From contig CALXWC010000003.1 of assembly GCA_944392265.1 (NCBI GenBank), forward strand, positions 4,627-68,626: 64,000 nucleotides of DNA, in the 5' to 3' direction. Below the pieces are notes generated by a model, which did not search any database, was not told the origin of the DNA, and saw only the letters and a program-made list of their open reading frames with translations. Source of the stretch: an uncultured Alphaproteobacteria bacterium. GTDB taxonomy: Bacteria; Pseudomonadota; Alphaproteobacteria; RF32; CAG-239. Below are positions 48,265 to 58,355 of the stretch, piece after piece. Numbering within the stretch: the first letter of the stretch is position 1; each line of letters begins with the position of its first letter. A program made the position numbers and the translations under genes.

Positions 48265-48984
48265 ATGTTTAAGAAACTAAAATCAATCTCTATCAGCCTA
48301 AAAGAAAAAAAATATTTTTCCAAAGTGGCTGTTGTTGTTACATACAGCAAACAAATTTTTGAAAAAATTTTAGATAAAACAAATAAATTAGTAGCTCATT
48401 TGGCCAAATATTTATACCAAATCGGCTTAACGGCTAATATGGTTAGTATTGTTGGTTTCATCATTGGCTTGTTGGCTATTAACTTTTTGGCAATGTCTAA
48501 CTTTTTTGCCGCATTGATTTGCATTTTGGTAAACCGTTTTTGTGATGCTTTGGATGGTGCTTTAGCTCGTCATGCCAAAGTAACGGATTTTGGTATTTTC
48601 CTTGATGCAACATTGGATTATGTCTTTTATGCCGGACTTATCTTTGGTTTTGCTTTAGCTAATCCAAGTGAAAATGCAGTTTCAGCCGCATTTTTATTGT
48701 TTGCCTTTACTTCTTCTGCTTGTGCAATGTTGGCTTATGCCATTGTTGCTTATAAAAACAAGGCTAAAAGTAAGATTGAAATTGCTAAATCTCCGTTTTA
48801 TTTGGGTGGATTTGCGCAAGGGTTTGAAACTTTTATTGCAATGATTATCTTATGTTTGATTCCGTCAGGATTTTTATTTATATCCATTGTCTTAGGAATC
48901 TTTTGCTTTGTTAAAGCTTGCAGTGTGGTTATTGCCGCATATTATAATTTTGTGATTGCTCAACGTATTGTGAAAGATGAATAA
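48265..48984 (+). CDS. CDP-alcohol phosphatidyltransferase family protein
   Basis: 239 aa polytopic protein with motif DALDGALARHAKVTDFGIFLDATLD, i.e. DG(x2)AR...G(x3)D(x3)D. Confidence 0.85.
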   Translation: MFKKLKSISISLKEKKYFSKVAVVVTYSKQIFEKILDKTNKLVAHLAKYLYQIGLTANMVSIVGFIIGLLAINFLAMSNFFAALICILVNRFCDALDGALARHAKVTDFGIFLDATLDYVFYAGLIFGFALANPSENAVSAAFLLFAFTSSACAMLAYAIVAYKNKAKSKIEIAKSPFYLGGFAQGFETFIAMIILCLIPSGFLFISIVLGIFCFVKACSVVIAAYYNFVIAQRIVKDE

Positions 48985-48986
48985 AT

Positions 48987-50594
48987 ATGAAGTTTTTCAA
49001 GTTTTGTCTCATTAGCTTCGCTCTTGCGTGGAATCTGTTTTCTGCACATAAAGCTCTGGCTTTTACTCAAAATTATGAAACAGATAAAGTTAAAGTTACT
49101 TTATACACCAGCTTTGATTCTTTGAATACACGTCAAAATTTGGATGTGTTGGTTAAGTTTGAAATGAAAAACGGTTGGCATATCTTTGCTGAAAAAGTCG
49201 GTGATATCGGTGTGCCCACCAAAGTTCAATGGAAGCTGCCCACTTGGTTCCAATTAACACCTGAAGAATGGAGCCGATTTAAGCGCTTTGAAACAGAAGG
49301 TATTGTCCAATATGGTTATGATGATGTGGCTTATTATCGCACTTCTATCAAACCTTATGAAGCAGCCCATGGTCGTGTGGATTTTAGCGGAAAAATTACT
49401 TGGTTGGCTTGCAAAGATGAATGTGTCCCCGAAAAGTTTTTCTTTAACTTTACATTACCGACTACGCCTAAAGATTTATTGGTTAGTCCGTTGTTTGCTG
49501 AAGAATCTATTGCTTCTCAAAAAATGTTTAAGCCCGTGTTAACAGATATTGAAGAACAAAGTTTCATTAGTGTGTTGCTGATGGCTTTTCTTGGTGGACT
49601 TATCTTAAACTTTATGCCATGTGTCTTCCCTATTCTTACGCTCAAGGCTGTTTCTTTGGCGCAGGGAACTTATAATAAAATCAAATGCCGAATTGAGGCC
49701 TTGATTTATTTTGCCGGTGTGGTGACCTCATTTTTGCTTATGGCTACAATTTTGATTTGGCTCAGAAACAAAGGTGAAGATATTGGTTGGGGTTTCCAAC
49801 TTCAATCTCCTTGGTTTGTAGGTGTGATGATTGTAATCTTTAGCATTATCTTTTTGATGTTACTAGATTTGGTTAACGTAAATAATCCGTTTGCTAATCA
49901 TGTCGGACGCATCTCTTTTACCAAAAGAAAGATAAATGCCTTTATTACCGGATTTTTTGCCGTTTTGGTGGCAAGTCCTTGTACGGCGCCGTTTATGGGA
50001 ATTGCCATCGGATATACTTTATCTCAACCTGTATATATTTATTATCCGATATTTTTAGCTTTAAGCTTAGGTTATGCCCTTCCCTTTACTCTAGCCGGAT
50101 TTTATCCTAAAGCCGTACACAAAATTTTGCCCAAACCGGGAAAATGGATGGAAGTGTTTAAGAAAATTTTTGCTATTCCGGTGTTTTTTACGGTTGTTTG
50201 GCTTGTTTGGGTTCTTTATAGTCAGCTTACGGCTCGTCAGACAGATATTCCTAAAAATATGAACTGGCAAAAATTTGAAGTCAGTAAGGTGGAAACATTG
50301 GTTCAAGACAATCAGAAAGTGTTTATAGATTTCACGGCAAAGTGGTGCATTACTTGTTTGGTTAATAAGAAATTGGCTTTGCAATCAGATGAGTTTGCTA
50401 ACATTGTTGAAGAAAAGAATATTCATCTGTTTGTCGCTGATTGGACCAATAATGATGAAAATGTTTCAAAAGCTTTAGAGGCTTATGGTCGTAAAAGTAT
50501 TCCTTTGTATATTTATTATGACGGACATGGTAATGATTATAAAATATTGCCACAGCTTTTATCTAAAGATGTTTTGAAAAAAGAACTTAACTAA
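48987..50594 (+). CDS. dsbD: thiol:disulfide interchange protein DsbD-like
   Basis: 535 aa. N-terminal domain with CKDEC, TM core with the PCVFP and SPCTAPF cysteines, and a C-terminal thioredoxin WCITC. Confidence 0.85.
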   Translation: MKFFKFCLISFALAWNLFSAHKALAFTQNYETDKVKVTLYTSFDSLNTRQNLDVLVKFEMKNGWHIFAEKVGDIGVPTKVQWKLPTWFQLTPEEWSRFKRFETEGIVQYGYDDVAYYRTSIKPYEAAHGRVDFSGKITWLACKDECVPEKFFFNFTLPTTPKDLLVSPLFAEESIASQKMFKPVLTDIEEQSFISVLLMAFLGGLILNFMPCVFPILTLKAVSLAQGTYNKIKCRIEALIYFAGVVTSFLLMATILIWLRNKGEDIGWGFQLQSPWFVGVMIVIFSIIFLMLLDLVNVNNPFANHVGRISFTKRKINAFITGFFAVLVASPCTAPFMGIAIGYTLSQPVYIYYPIFLALSLGYALPFTLAGFYPKAVHKILPKPGKWMEVFKKIFAIPVFFTVVWLVWVLYSQLTARQTDIPKNMNWQKFEVSKVETLVQDNQKVFIDFTAKWCITCLVNKKLALQSDEFANIVEEKNIHLFVADWTNNDENVSKALEAYGRKSIPLYIYYDGHGNDYKILPQLLSKDVLKKELN

Positions 50595-50595
50595 A

Positions 50596-50637
50596 GAAAA
50601 AGACCTCTTAAATCCAATTAAGAGGTCTTTTTTTTCT
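50596..50637. terminator. bidirectional terminator
   Basis: 10 bp hairpin agacctctta ... taagaggtct flanked by an A-run and a T-run. Confidence 0.85.
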
Positions 50638-51224
50638 TACAAATAAAACGATGAGCCATTGTAATTAACCAGATAGATTTTTTCTGAATTTACTTGATTA
50701 AGCGGGCAACCAATAGAAATTAAAAAACATCTAAATATATATGGATCAAGACAAATCCCTATATACCCATGATGTTCAGAATCAATGATATTTTTTAGTG
50801 TCTTATTAATTCTATAGATTGCGTTTACTTTGCTTTCACCTTCTGAAAAACAAATTTTTTCGTGGCATTCAGCAGAGTTCCATTGTTGCCAAAGTTTTAA
50901 TTCATCATCTTTTAATGAGTTAATACACAAACCTTCTACTGTCCCAAAATTAATTTCGGCAAGAGATTTTACTCTTGCAACGATTGTTCTGGAATATGGA
51001 AAAAGATGTGGCGGATGCGCAATGATATTTGCTGTTGCAAAGGCTCTTTGTGATGGACCTGAATAAATTATTTTAATGTTGAATTTTGAAATTTCATTAG
51101 CCAGTGCCATCGTGCGTTTTATTCCATTTTCGTTCAAATCAAGGTCTTTGGATTGACCTTCTATAATGTCCGAAGCTGATAAATCAGTTTCTCCGGAACA
51201 AAATAAAATGATTTTTTTTCGCAT
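50637..51224 (-). CDS. histidine-phosphatase-fold protein lacking both catalytic histidines (probable pseudoenzyme)
   Basis: 195 aa, collinear with the 21576-22145 protein. RHGETDLN is replaced by CSGETDLS and STHSA by ICLDPY. SGPSQRA and the Glu block are retained. Confidence 0.7.
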   Translation of the reverse strand: MRKKIILFCSGETDLSASDIIEGQSKDLDLNENGIKRTMALANEISKFNIKIIYSGPSQRAFATANIIAHPPHLFPYSRTIVARVKSLAEINFGTVEGLCINSLKDDELKLWQQWNSAECHEKICFSEGESKVNAIYRINKTLKNIIDSEHHGYIGICLDPYIFRCFLISIGCPLNQVNSEKIYLVNYNGSSFYL

Positions 51225-51344
51225 AATGATAAAGATTAATAATTTATATTTATTCTCTAGATATGATATTTTGCAAATAAGGTCAACAGGATTTATTGCT
51301 ATGTGTGACTAGTATGCTTGAATGATATAATTTTATATATGGCA

Positions 51345-51380
51345 ATAAAAAAGGCTTGTAAAAAATTACAAGCCTTTATT
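51345..51380 (-). terminator. terminator after tRNA-Lys (minus strand)
   Basis: Minus strand reads aaggcttgtaa tttttt acaagcctt followed by TTTT. Confidence 0.8.
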
Positions 51381-51385
51381 TTCAA

Positions 51386-51461
51386 TGGTAGGCGCGTGGG
51401 GGTTCGAACCCCAGACCCACTGATTAAGAGTCAGTTGCTCTACCAACTGAGCTACGCACCC
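51386..51461 (-). tRNA. tRNA-Lys (anticodon CUU)
   Basis: The reverse complement folds as a cloverleaf. Acceptor GGGTGCG/CGCGCCT (2 G-U pairs), anticodon loop CTCTTAA, T-arm TGGGG-TTCGAAC-CCCCA, encoded CCA. Confidence 0.88.
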
Positions 51462-51473
51462 ATAACACAGCGC

Positions 51474-51502
51474 AATATAATACCCATTATTTATTTTTGC
51501 AA
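51474..51502 (-). promoter_or_regulatory. candidate sigma70 promoter of tRNA-Lys
   Basis: Minus strand reads TTGCAA, 17 nt spacer, TATATT. The -10 ends 12 nt before the mature tRNA 5' end. Confidence 0.45.
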
Positions 51503-51598
51503 CAAATTTTTTTTATTATATGATATTTTTTAGTTAATATCATTTTAACCCTATTCTTCTATGATGAATTTATAATATATTTTGGAAAGGATGGTATT

Positions 51599-52051
51599 AT
51601 GAATTGGAAAAAATTTTCACTTTCTTTGAGTGTAGCTACCCTTCTTGCTTTTCAAGCTCAGGCTCAAAATTTATCTCAAGCATCTACATACGATAGTTGT
51701 ATTGATCAATCTGAGGGTAATAGTATGAAAATTAAAGATTGTATTACTCAAGAAACTCAAAGAATTATGGCCATGATTGAGCAAAAATATCAGCAATTGG
51801 CTTCTAATAAAGATTTTGATTTTTGGAATCAAGGAACTTTAATGTATTCCGGTAATTTTAGAAATTTATTAGATGAATGGACTGCTTACAGAGATAGATA
51901 TTGCTCTTTATACGGATATTCTACTTCTCCAGGACAAGATGAAGGAATCGTTGCTCAGTTAAGTGCGGTTGAGTGTGTTTTAGAATTAACAAAACGCCAA
52001 AATAAAGATATGGATGTTATTTTAAAAAATTATAACAGCATTGGTGAATAA
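51599..52051 (+). CDS. DUF1311 (LprI-like) periplasmic protein
   Basis: 150 aa with a signal peptide and the pattern C...C...YQQL...W.AYRDRYC...C typical of DUF1311. Confidence 0.7.
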   Translation: MNWKKFSLSLSVATLLAFQAQAQNLSQASTYDSCIDQSEGNSMKIKDCITQETQRIMAMIEQKYQQLASNKDFDFWNQGTLMYSGNFRNLLDEWTAYRDRYCSLYGYSTSPGQDEGIVAQLSAVECVLELTKRQNKDMDVILKNYNSIGE

Positions 52052-52054
52052 AGC

Positions 52055-53446
52055 TTAGAATTTAATATAAAAACAAGAGCCTTTAGAAGGTTCTGATGTC
52101 ATGCCAACTTGCAACTTTAGTAAGTTGGCAATTTTTTTGACTATATATAATCCCAGTCCACTTCCTTTGTATGGGCTTTTTTTACCTGCTTTACCTTGAT
52201 AATATTCGTCAAAAATAAATGGCTGTTCTTTAGAAGCAATCCCCTCTCCGTTATCTAATACGCAGATATAGGTTTCTTTGCCTCTTTTCTTTACACCGAG
52301 TAATATTTTATTGTGGCAATATTTTAACGCATTGGATAAATAATTGTTTAATATCCTTTCTAATAAAAATGGATCCGTATAAATTTTGACTTCAGTTTTA
52401 ACAACCTTTATTTTAATGCCTTCTTCTTTTGATAAAATATCATATCTTTCTTTTAATTGCTTAAAGATATCTTGGAGTTTTATTTGTTTCTTATTTGGCG
52501 TTATGTCTTTTTTTTCTAATTTTGACATATCTAAGATGTTATTTAGATAATTTTGCAGTGAAGTGGCTGAGTTGTGAATCTTTCCAACCAAAATTTGTTG
52601 CCTGTTTGTAAGTTTTCCATCAAGCAGATTGTCAATAAAAAGGGACATGGCTGCCATTGGCTGCTGCATATCGTGACTGGTTTGTTTTAAAAAGTCACTT
52701 TTATTTTTGGTTAACATTTCAGCTGCTTTTTTGGCATTTTCAAGGGTTTGTTGTATTTCCATTAACTCAGTGACATCTTGGAATGTGCCCATAATTTTTC
52801 TATTATATTCATTTTGAACCAATTCTGCTTTATATCTGCAATATATTGTTTTTTGATCAGCTCTAACTAGCCGGATAATTCCTTCTATGGGCTGTTGTGT
52901 TTTGATTAAGTTTTGCAGTTTTTCTTTGTATTTTGGCCAATCTCTTTTATATATAATTTGTTTTATTATATTTTTATTGACCAAATTTTCATTTGATGCA
53001 ACTCCAAATAAGCGGAACATTTCATTTGACCATGAAACTTTTTTGCTTTTTAAGTCCAGTTCCCAATAGCCCATCTTGGCAATTTTTGAGGCAAAGTCTA
53101 GGCGATATAAAGTTTCATTTAATGATTGTCTTAATTTGTACTCTTCTTTTACATCCTTGAAGCAAATAGCCAGAGTTTCTTCTGCTCTTTGTATTTTTAC
53201 CAAATATGGTGTGTCATTGACTTGAATTTCAAACTTTTGCGGCAAATTTGTTTCTAAGCACCTATCCATATAATATTTTAGTAGATTGAACTGAAAATCA
53301 GTTAAAACTTCTGAAAAATCAGACGAATTGGCTAATGCAGGAAATAAATTTTCCCATCTGGAATTATGGCTTAAAATATGACCATCCGAGGTACTTAAAA
53401 CCAAAATATCATCTGTTATATCTAAGAGCTTTTCCGTATTGTTCAT
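52055..53446 (-). CDS. cytoplasmic PAS-domain sensor histidine kinase
   Basis: 463 aa with no TM helix. Two PAS-like regions, H-box FLKQTSHDMQQPM, and HATPase blocks DNGEGI and GSGLGLYIV. ATGA overlap with the upstream gene. Confidence 0.85.
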   Translation of the reverse strand: MNNTEKLLDITDDILVLSTSDGHILSHNSRWENLFPALANSSDFSEVLTDFQFNLLKYYMDRCLETNLPQKFEIQVNDTPYLVKIQRAEETLAICFKDVKEEYKLRQSLNETLYRLDFASKIAKMGYWELDLKSKKVSWSNEMFRLFGVASNENLVNKNIIKQIIYKRDWPKYKEKLQNLIKTQQPIEGIIRLVRADQKTIYCRYKAELVQNEYNRKIMGTFQDVTELMEIQQTLENAKKAAEMLTKNKSDFLKQTSHDMQQPMAAMSLFIDNLLDGKLTNRQQILVGKIHNSATSLQNYLNNILDMSKLEKKDITPNKKQIKLQDIFKQLKERYDILSKEEGIKIKVVKTEVKIYTDPFLLERILNNYLSNALKYCHNKILLGVKKRGKETYICVLDNGEGIASKEQPFIFDEYYQGKAGKKSPYKGSGLGLYIVKKIANLLKLQVGMTSEPSKGSCFYIKF

Positions 53447-54381
53447 TTTATGATATATTCACTTAAAAATTTTCCTAAATCAGAGTCAATTTTGAAAATC
53501 CAACCATTGTATAACATTTTACTATCTTGATAATAATTATAACCGGCTGTTAGCGGTAATTTAGATATTTCCATTTGTGGCTTTATCCAATAGTTGTCTT
53601 CAATATTAAACACATCTATTTTATATATAATTCCCGTATCTGTATATAACACTATAATTTTTTCAGCTTTTGTATCTTTTGTCGGCGTGTTTTCTTCTTT
53701 TTTAACATTCAGATATCTGAAATCTGCAAATACTTCTACAAGGTTTTCAATATCAACCATTTTTTGCTGCGGCGTATAAAATTCTCTTTCATTATCTGGT
53801 TGGAAAACAATTTGTTGTCCTGTATTGCTTTGCAATATAATGCTCTTAATGTTCTTTTTCATCAAGCTGAATAAAGGTTGTTGTAGCCAATTTGAAAGCT
53901 TTGTAGATAGCGTAAAATCTCCGGTTACTAAAAATATTGACTGGCTGTTTTTTTCTTTAACTAAATAATAATTATTTTGTTTTTGTCCGACAATTATGTC
54001 GTCTAAAATTTTATCATTAACGTCATAAGTGATAATTTCGATATCAGTTTCTTTCGCTTGCATGTTTTCTGTTGAAACCATTGCAATTTTTGAATTATTG
54101 ATATTATTAATCAGTTGATTGGTCGATAATATGTCTGCAAAGTAATTATCCGCTTCTTTAACGCGCCAAAATTTATCTTGCATAAATAAGGTAATTTGAA
54201 GCTTTTGGCTTTTTACAACGATTTTTCCTATTTTGTTTCCCGAAATATTTGTTTTTTCAAATAAATAACGGCCTACTTGAGATTGTGTATATGGCAATCT
54301 TTGAGTTTTTAAGACATAATTATTTAAGGCTACGGACAATAATGTCAGAATAGCTAATATGATAACGGATTTTTTATTCAT
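53443..54381 (-). CDS. DUF4340-like membrane-anchored protein
   Basis: 312 aa with an N-terminal TM helix. Lies downstream of a GldG-like gene, as in GldA/F/G-type modules. The domain call is from context and memory only. Confidence 0.55.
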   Translation of the reverse strand: MNKKSVIILAILTLLSVALNNYVLKTQRLPYTQSQVGRYLFEKTNISGNKIGKIVVKSQKLQITLFMQDKFWRVKEADNYFADILSTNQLINNINNSKIAMVSTENMQAKETDIEIITYDVNDKILDDIIVGQKQNNYYLVKEKNSQSIFLVTGDFTLSTKLSNWLQQPLFSLMKKNIKSIILQSNTGQQIVFQPDNEREFYTPQQKMVDIENLVEVFADFRYLNVKKEENTPTKDTKAEKIIVLYTDTGIIYKIDVFNIEDNYWIKPQMEISKLPLTAGYNYYQDSKMLYNGWIFKIDSDLGKFLSEYIIK

Positions 54382-56230
54382 GCAACATTCCTATTTCTTG
54401 TTTTCTTTTACAACGCAAATAAAGCTTGGTTATTATTGTAATAAACAAAAGCAATAAAAACGGATAAAAGATCATGTTTTCAAGCATTACATAATTTACC
54501 TTTTGCATAATTTCTTGTTGTACTTGATAATCTAATACTTTCTTCTCTTCATTTAATTTATGAATTTTTCGAATAAAATCGTCATATTCTTGAATTTTTG
54601 ATAATGACATTATGTTTTTCTTGCTCTTGAATGCATCTTGAAAATCTAAAAATTCTTTTTGTAATTTTCTTAAATCAGCATCCTTTTGTAAATATTCTTT
54701 TTGATATTTACGATATATTTTAGCCGAAATTTGATCCGCAATTGAATAATCATCCGTGTATAAATAATTTACACGTAATTTTGCCATTTCTGTGTTATTG
54801 CTCATATAGTCGACCAATGAAAGCAGAAAATCAGCATTATTATTGCTGGGAACTTGGTCATAAACTCTAGCTCCTTTGAGGTAGTTTATGGCGTTCCATT
54901 GTGTATCAGCCAAAAAATCACTATCTGAAAAAATAAATATTTTTGATGGTTTAAGACTACTCAAAACAAATGGCGGTAAAATTTCAATATCTGAAATATT
55001 TCCATAAATACTATCCGGATAAAAAGATTCGAACCAACCTTCTACCAAATAACCTATTGCACGATTGCCTTTTTCTTTTTTTAAGTTATTTATTATTTTT
55101 TCAGATATCTCAGTTTTAGCAATATTTGTATCCAAAGTACCAATATTTTCTGATGTGGTTAAAATTTTTGTATACGTTGCACTGCTTATAGGAGATACGG
55201 TAATTTCTCCGGCTGAGGAAAATGAAAGCTTGTGCGGTTTGGCAATCTCATCCGGAGTATTAATTTGTGCTTGATTTATTTCAAAATACAAATTTTCAGT
55301 ATTTTGTGTATCAAGAAAACTAAAATAGTTAGTTTTATTATCTGACATGTCTTGAATTATTTTATTTTCATCCATAAATATGCCTAAATGATTCAACCAA
55401 GGTAATAGACTAATAGTATTCTTTTTGGTGTATGGATATCTTTGAGCTATGGTTTCTGCATATGGGTCAATAAAGAGAATAAGATTACCGCCTCGCATAA
55501 TGAATTGATCCAACGCATAGGTTAATTTCTCATCAACTTTTTGCGGAGCATATAAAATTAATGTTTTTATTTCTTTAGGAATTGAGATGCTGGTTCTGCT
55601 TAATTCTGTTAAAACATAGTCTTCTTTGATTTTATTAAATGCTTGCCAATCCATAATGTTTCCACCATATGATATCACTCCGATTTGAGCTTTATTATAT
55701 CCGGAAAGTTTGGCCAAGATTCTTGAAATATCATATTCGGTATAATTTTGTCTTTGAATAGAAAAATATGGAATAGTGTATTTTTCACCAAGATTATTAC
55801 TGAATACGGCTCCGAAATATAAATTTTTGGTATTGCTATTGTCTGGAAATGCTCTGATTTTTTCTGATTTTGCTTCGTATTCTGTCGCGCTATATGGTTC
55901 CGGTGATTTTACATTGATATTTATTTTTCCTTTCGAGGCTGCTTGATATTTGTTGAGTAGCCTTAATAAATATTGGCTTTGAATTCCCAATTCAGGATAT
56001 TCTGCGCTTAAATCTTTTGACATGTATAATGTGATATTAACACGTTTAGGTAGGTTTTCTGCAATGTTTAAACTTTCGTTTGAAATACTGTATCTGTGTT
56101 TTTGGGTTAAATCGGCTTTTTTATCTCCCAAAAGAAGAGATGTGGTTTCCATTAGGCTGGTGAACAACACAAAACTAAGCACTATAACTGCCAAGAAAAA
56201 AATATTTTTTATTATTTTTTGTCGTAACAT
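54374..56230 (-). CDS. GldG-like ABC-transporter auxiliary protein
   Basis: 618 aa with N- and C-terminal TM helices flanking a large exoplasmic domain. Positioned after the ABC-2 permease. Confidence 0.65.
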   Translation of the reverse strand: MLRQKIIKNIFFLAVIVLSFVLFTSLMETTSLLLGDKKADLTQKHRYSISNESLNIAENLPKRVNITLYMSKDLSAEYPELGIQSQYLLRLLNKYQAASKGKININVKSPEPYSATEYEAKSEKIRAFPDNSNTKNLYFGAVFSNNLGEKYTIPYFSIQRQNYTEYDISRILAKLSGYNKAQIGVISYGGNIMDWQAFNKIKEDYVLTELSRTSISIPKEIKTLILYAPQKVDEKLTYALDQFIMRGGNLILFIDPYAETIAQRYPYTKKNTISLLPWLNHLGIFMDENKIIQDMSDNKTNYFSFLDTQNTENLYFEINQAQINTPDEIAKPHKLSFSSAGEITVSPISSATYTKILTTSENIGTLDTNIAKTEISEKIINNLKKEKGNRAIGYLVEGWFESFYPDSIYGNISDIEILPPFVLSSLKPSKIFIFSDSDFLADTQWNAINYLKGARVYDQVPSNNNADFLLSLVDYMSNNTEMAKLRVNYLYTDDYSIADQISAKIYRKYQKEYLQKDADLRKLQKEFLDFQDAFKSKKNIMSLSKIQEYDDFIRKIHKLNEEKKVLDYQVQQEIMQKVNYVMLENMIFYPFLLLLFITIITKLYLRCKRKQEIGMLHE

Positions 56231-56240
56231 CGTTGTTCCC

Positions 56241-56969
56241 CTAGCCTTTTTTATATTCCAATATTCTAATGTTTAGCCATATTCCTACTATACTTAGCAA
56301 AACAAAGTAAAAAACATTATCCAAGCTAATTTGTCCTGTTAAAAAATCGTAGTAGTGATAATCGAAATTTAAGCTATTTTGCAGACGTATATAGATGTCT
56401 TCTTGTTCTTTTGTTAAATGTAATAAACGGCTGAAATCTGCAAAACTTATTAAAAATAAAGCCAATAATGTTCCAATATAAGATATGGCAGATGATGTGC
56501 TTAAAGCTGAAATCATACAGCCGATGGCGCAAAATGCACACCCCATTAAGAAACACCCAAAATATGTGGTTATAATGTTTAAATTATCCATATTATAATT
56601 TAATGTGCAATAGAGCCAAAACGGAAATGATATGAAAAGTAAAAAGCCAATAATACACAGACAAGACAAAAACTTTCCCAAAACTAACTTTGATAAGCTA
56701 ATCGGTTGTGTTAATAAAAATTCGATTGTGCCGTATTTTCGTTCTTCTGCCCATAATTTCATGGTTATGGCCGGACAAACAAAGATAAATACGATATTTT
56801 GAAATGAAAAGAATGAATATAATCCAGCGTTGCTTAAGCTAAAGAAACCACCCATAAAAAAGTTTAGAAAAGTGGAAAGGAAAATATAGCTACCACCGAT
56901 TATCCATAAAGACCAACCGTTAAAAAACGTATAATTTTCTTTTTTTATTAATGCGAATAATTGTCTCAT
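56241..56969 (-). CDS. ABC-2 type transporter permease (GldF-like)
   Basis: 242 aa with about 6 TM helices, directly downstream of the ATPase. Confidence 0.75.
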   Translation of the reverse strand: MRQLFALIKKENYTFFNGWSLWIIGGSYIFLSTFLNFFMGGFFSLSNAGLYSFFSFQNIVFIFVCPAITMKLWAEERKYGTIEFLLTQPISLSKLVLGKFLSCLCIIGFLLFISFPFWLYCTLNYNMDNLNIITTYFGCFLMGCAFCAIGCMISALSTSSAISYIGTLLALFLISFADFSRLLHLTKEQEDIYIRLQNSLNFDYHYYDFLTGQISLDNVFYFVLLSIVGIWLNIRILEYKKG

Positions 56970-57689
56970 TTATTTGGCCTCGTTGGTTATTTTGTAAAAA
57001 GCGGTGGCTATATTATGCTCAGGAAAGAGCTTTTTAAGTTCTTCGGGTGATGTGTCTTTAACCAGTTTCCCTGAGTTAAGTAGGATTACTCTATCAGCTA
57101 AAGCTTCCACCTCTTCCATAATATGTGTGGAAATGATAACAATTTTATCTTTGGCATAGCTGCGTATAAATTCTCTGAATTTGACTTTTTGATTAGGGTC
57201 AAGACCTTCTGTTGGTTCATCTAAAATTAAAATATCTGGATTATTTAATAAAGCAGATGCTATACCTACTCTTCTTTTATATCCCTTAGAAAGGCTTTCT
57301 ATTTTTTGTTCCACAACGTCAGATAAGTCTAAAACCTCTAGAACATATTTTATTCTTTCCCAAACTTGGGCTTGAGGAATGTTTTTTATGTCTGAACAGA
57401 ATTTTAAGAAATCAAGAACGCTCATTTCATAATATAAGAATCCGTTTTCGGGAACATATCCGATTTTTTTTGCACATTCAATTCTATCTTTTTCCACATC
57501 GGTTCCAAAAATAGTGACACTTCCTTGTGTGGGCGTTATGAATCCGGTAATCATTCTCATTAAGGTCGTTTTTCCTGCACCGTTAGGCCCTAAGAGAGAA
57601 ACAACCTCTCCTCTTGAGATGCTGAAGTTCACATTATCAACAGCCTTTTTCTTATTATAATATTTGCATAAGTTTTTTACTATAATCAT
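56970..57689 (-). CDS. ABC transporter ATP-binding protein (GldA-like)
   Basis: 239 aa with Walker A GPNGAGKTT, signature LSKGYKRRV, and Walker B ILILDEPT. Confidence 0.9.
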   Translation of the reverse strand: MIIVKNLCKYYNKKKAVDNVNFSISRGEVVSLLGPNGAGKTTLMRMITGFITPTQGSVTIFGTDVEKDRIECAKKIGYVPENGFLYYEMSVLDFLKFCSDIKNIPQAQVWERIKYVLEVLDLSDVVEQKIESLSKGYKRRVGIASALLNNPDILILDEPTEGLDPNQKVKFREFIRSYAKDKIVIISTHIMEEVEALADRVILLNSGKLVKDTSPEELKKLFPEHNIATAFYKITNEAK

Positions 57690-57835
57690 AGAAACATCCT
57701 TTAATTTCTTTCTTCCTATATTAAATATTTTTTTTTAAATTTTAACAATTATTTTCATTTTTCAAAATGATTGGTGACAAAATTTTATTTTTGCTATATC
57801 TATATAAGAAATTTGAATTTATTTATGAGGATAAT

Positions 57836-58333
57836 ATGATAACTGAAACTTATTCAAAAGAAGAAGCCAAAGACCTTAAAATGGGAATTTATGCGGCTTT
57901 GATTATCATTCTTATTTCATGTGTCTATGTCATTAATAAAGAAACCCTTTCTCATAAAAGTGAGGGAAATTACTATACCGTTGATGCGCGCTTTAACAGA
58001 ACAGACGGTTTGTTGGTTGGAGATGATGTTAGAATGGCCGGCGTGAGCATTGGACGTGTGGTTAATGCTAAGTTAGATGAACATTTTAAGGCTATTTTAA
58101 CTTTGGATATTAAAGAAAGCGTACAAATTCCTGATGATAGCAGCGCATCTATTGTCAGCTCAAGTATTATGGGCAAAAAATATATTGAAATCGAACCGGG
58201 TGGTTCAATGGACTATATTCCTCGCGGCGGTGAATTTTCTTATACACAAGATGCTATGGTTTTAGAAGAACTTTTAGACAGAATCATTAGTATCGGTAAA
58301 TCTAATCGCAGCAAAAATGTTGAAAATAAATAA
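57836..58333 (+). CDS. mlaD: MlaD/MCE-domain protein, copy 1
   Basis: About 165 aa from ATG 57836 (GAGGA SD). TM anchor followed by MCE block YYTVDARFNRTDGLLVGDDVRMAGVSIGRV. The start is uncertain; the ORF track begins at 57767. Confidence 0.75.
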   Translation: MITETYSKEEAKDLKMGIYAALIIILISCVYVINKETLSHKSEGNYYTVDARFNRTDGLLVGDDVRMAGVSIGRVVNAKLDEHFKAILTLDIKESVQIPDDSSASIVSSSIMGKKYIEIEPGGSMDYIPRGGEFSYTQDAMVLEELLDRIISIGKSNRSKNVENK

Positions 58334-58355
58334 TTTTTTATTAAGGGAGTTAATA

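Noticed and set aside
51318-51533. 71 aa plus-strand ORF from the track.
   Set aside because: It reads straight through the reverse complement of tRNA-Lys and its terminator, so it is spurious.
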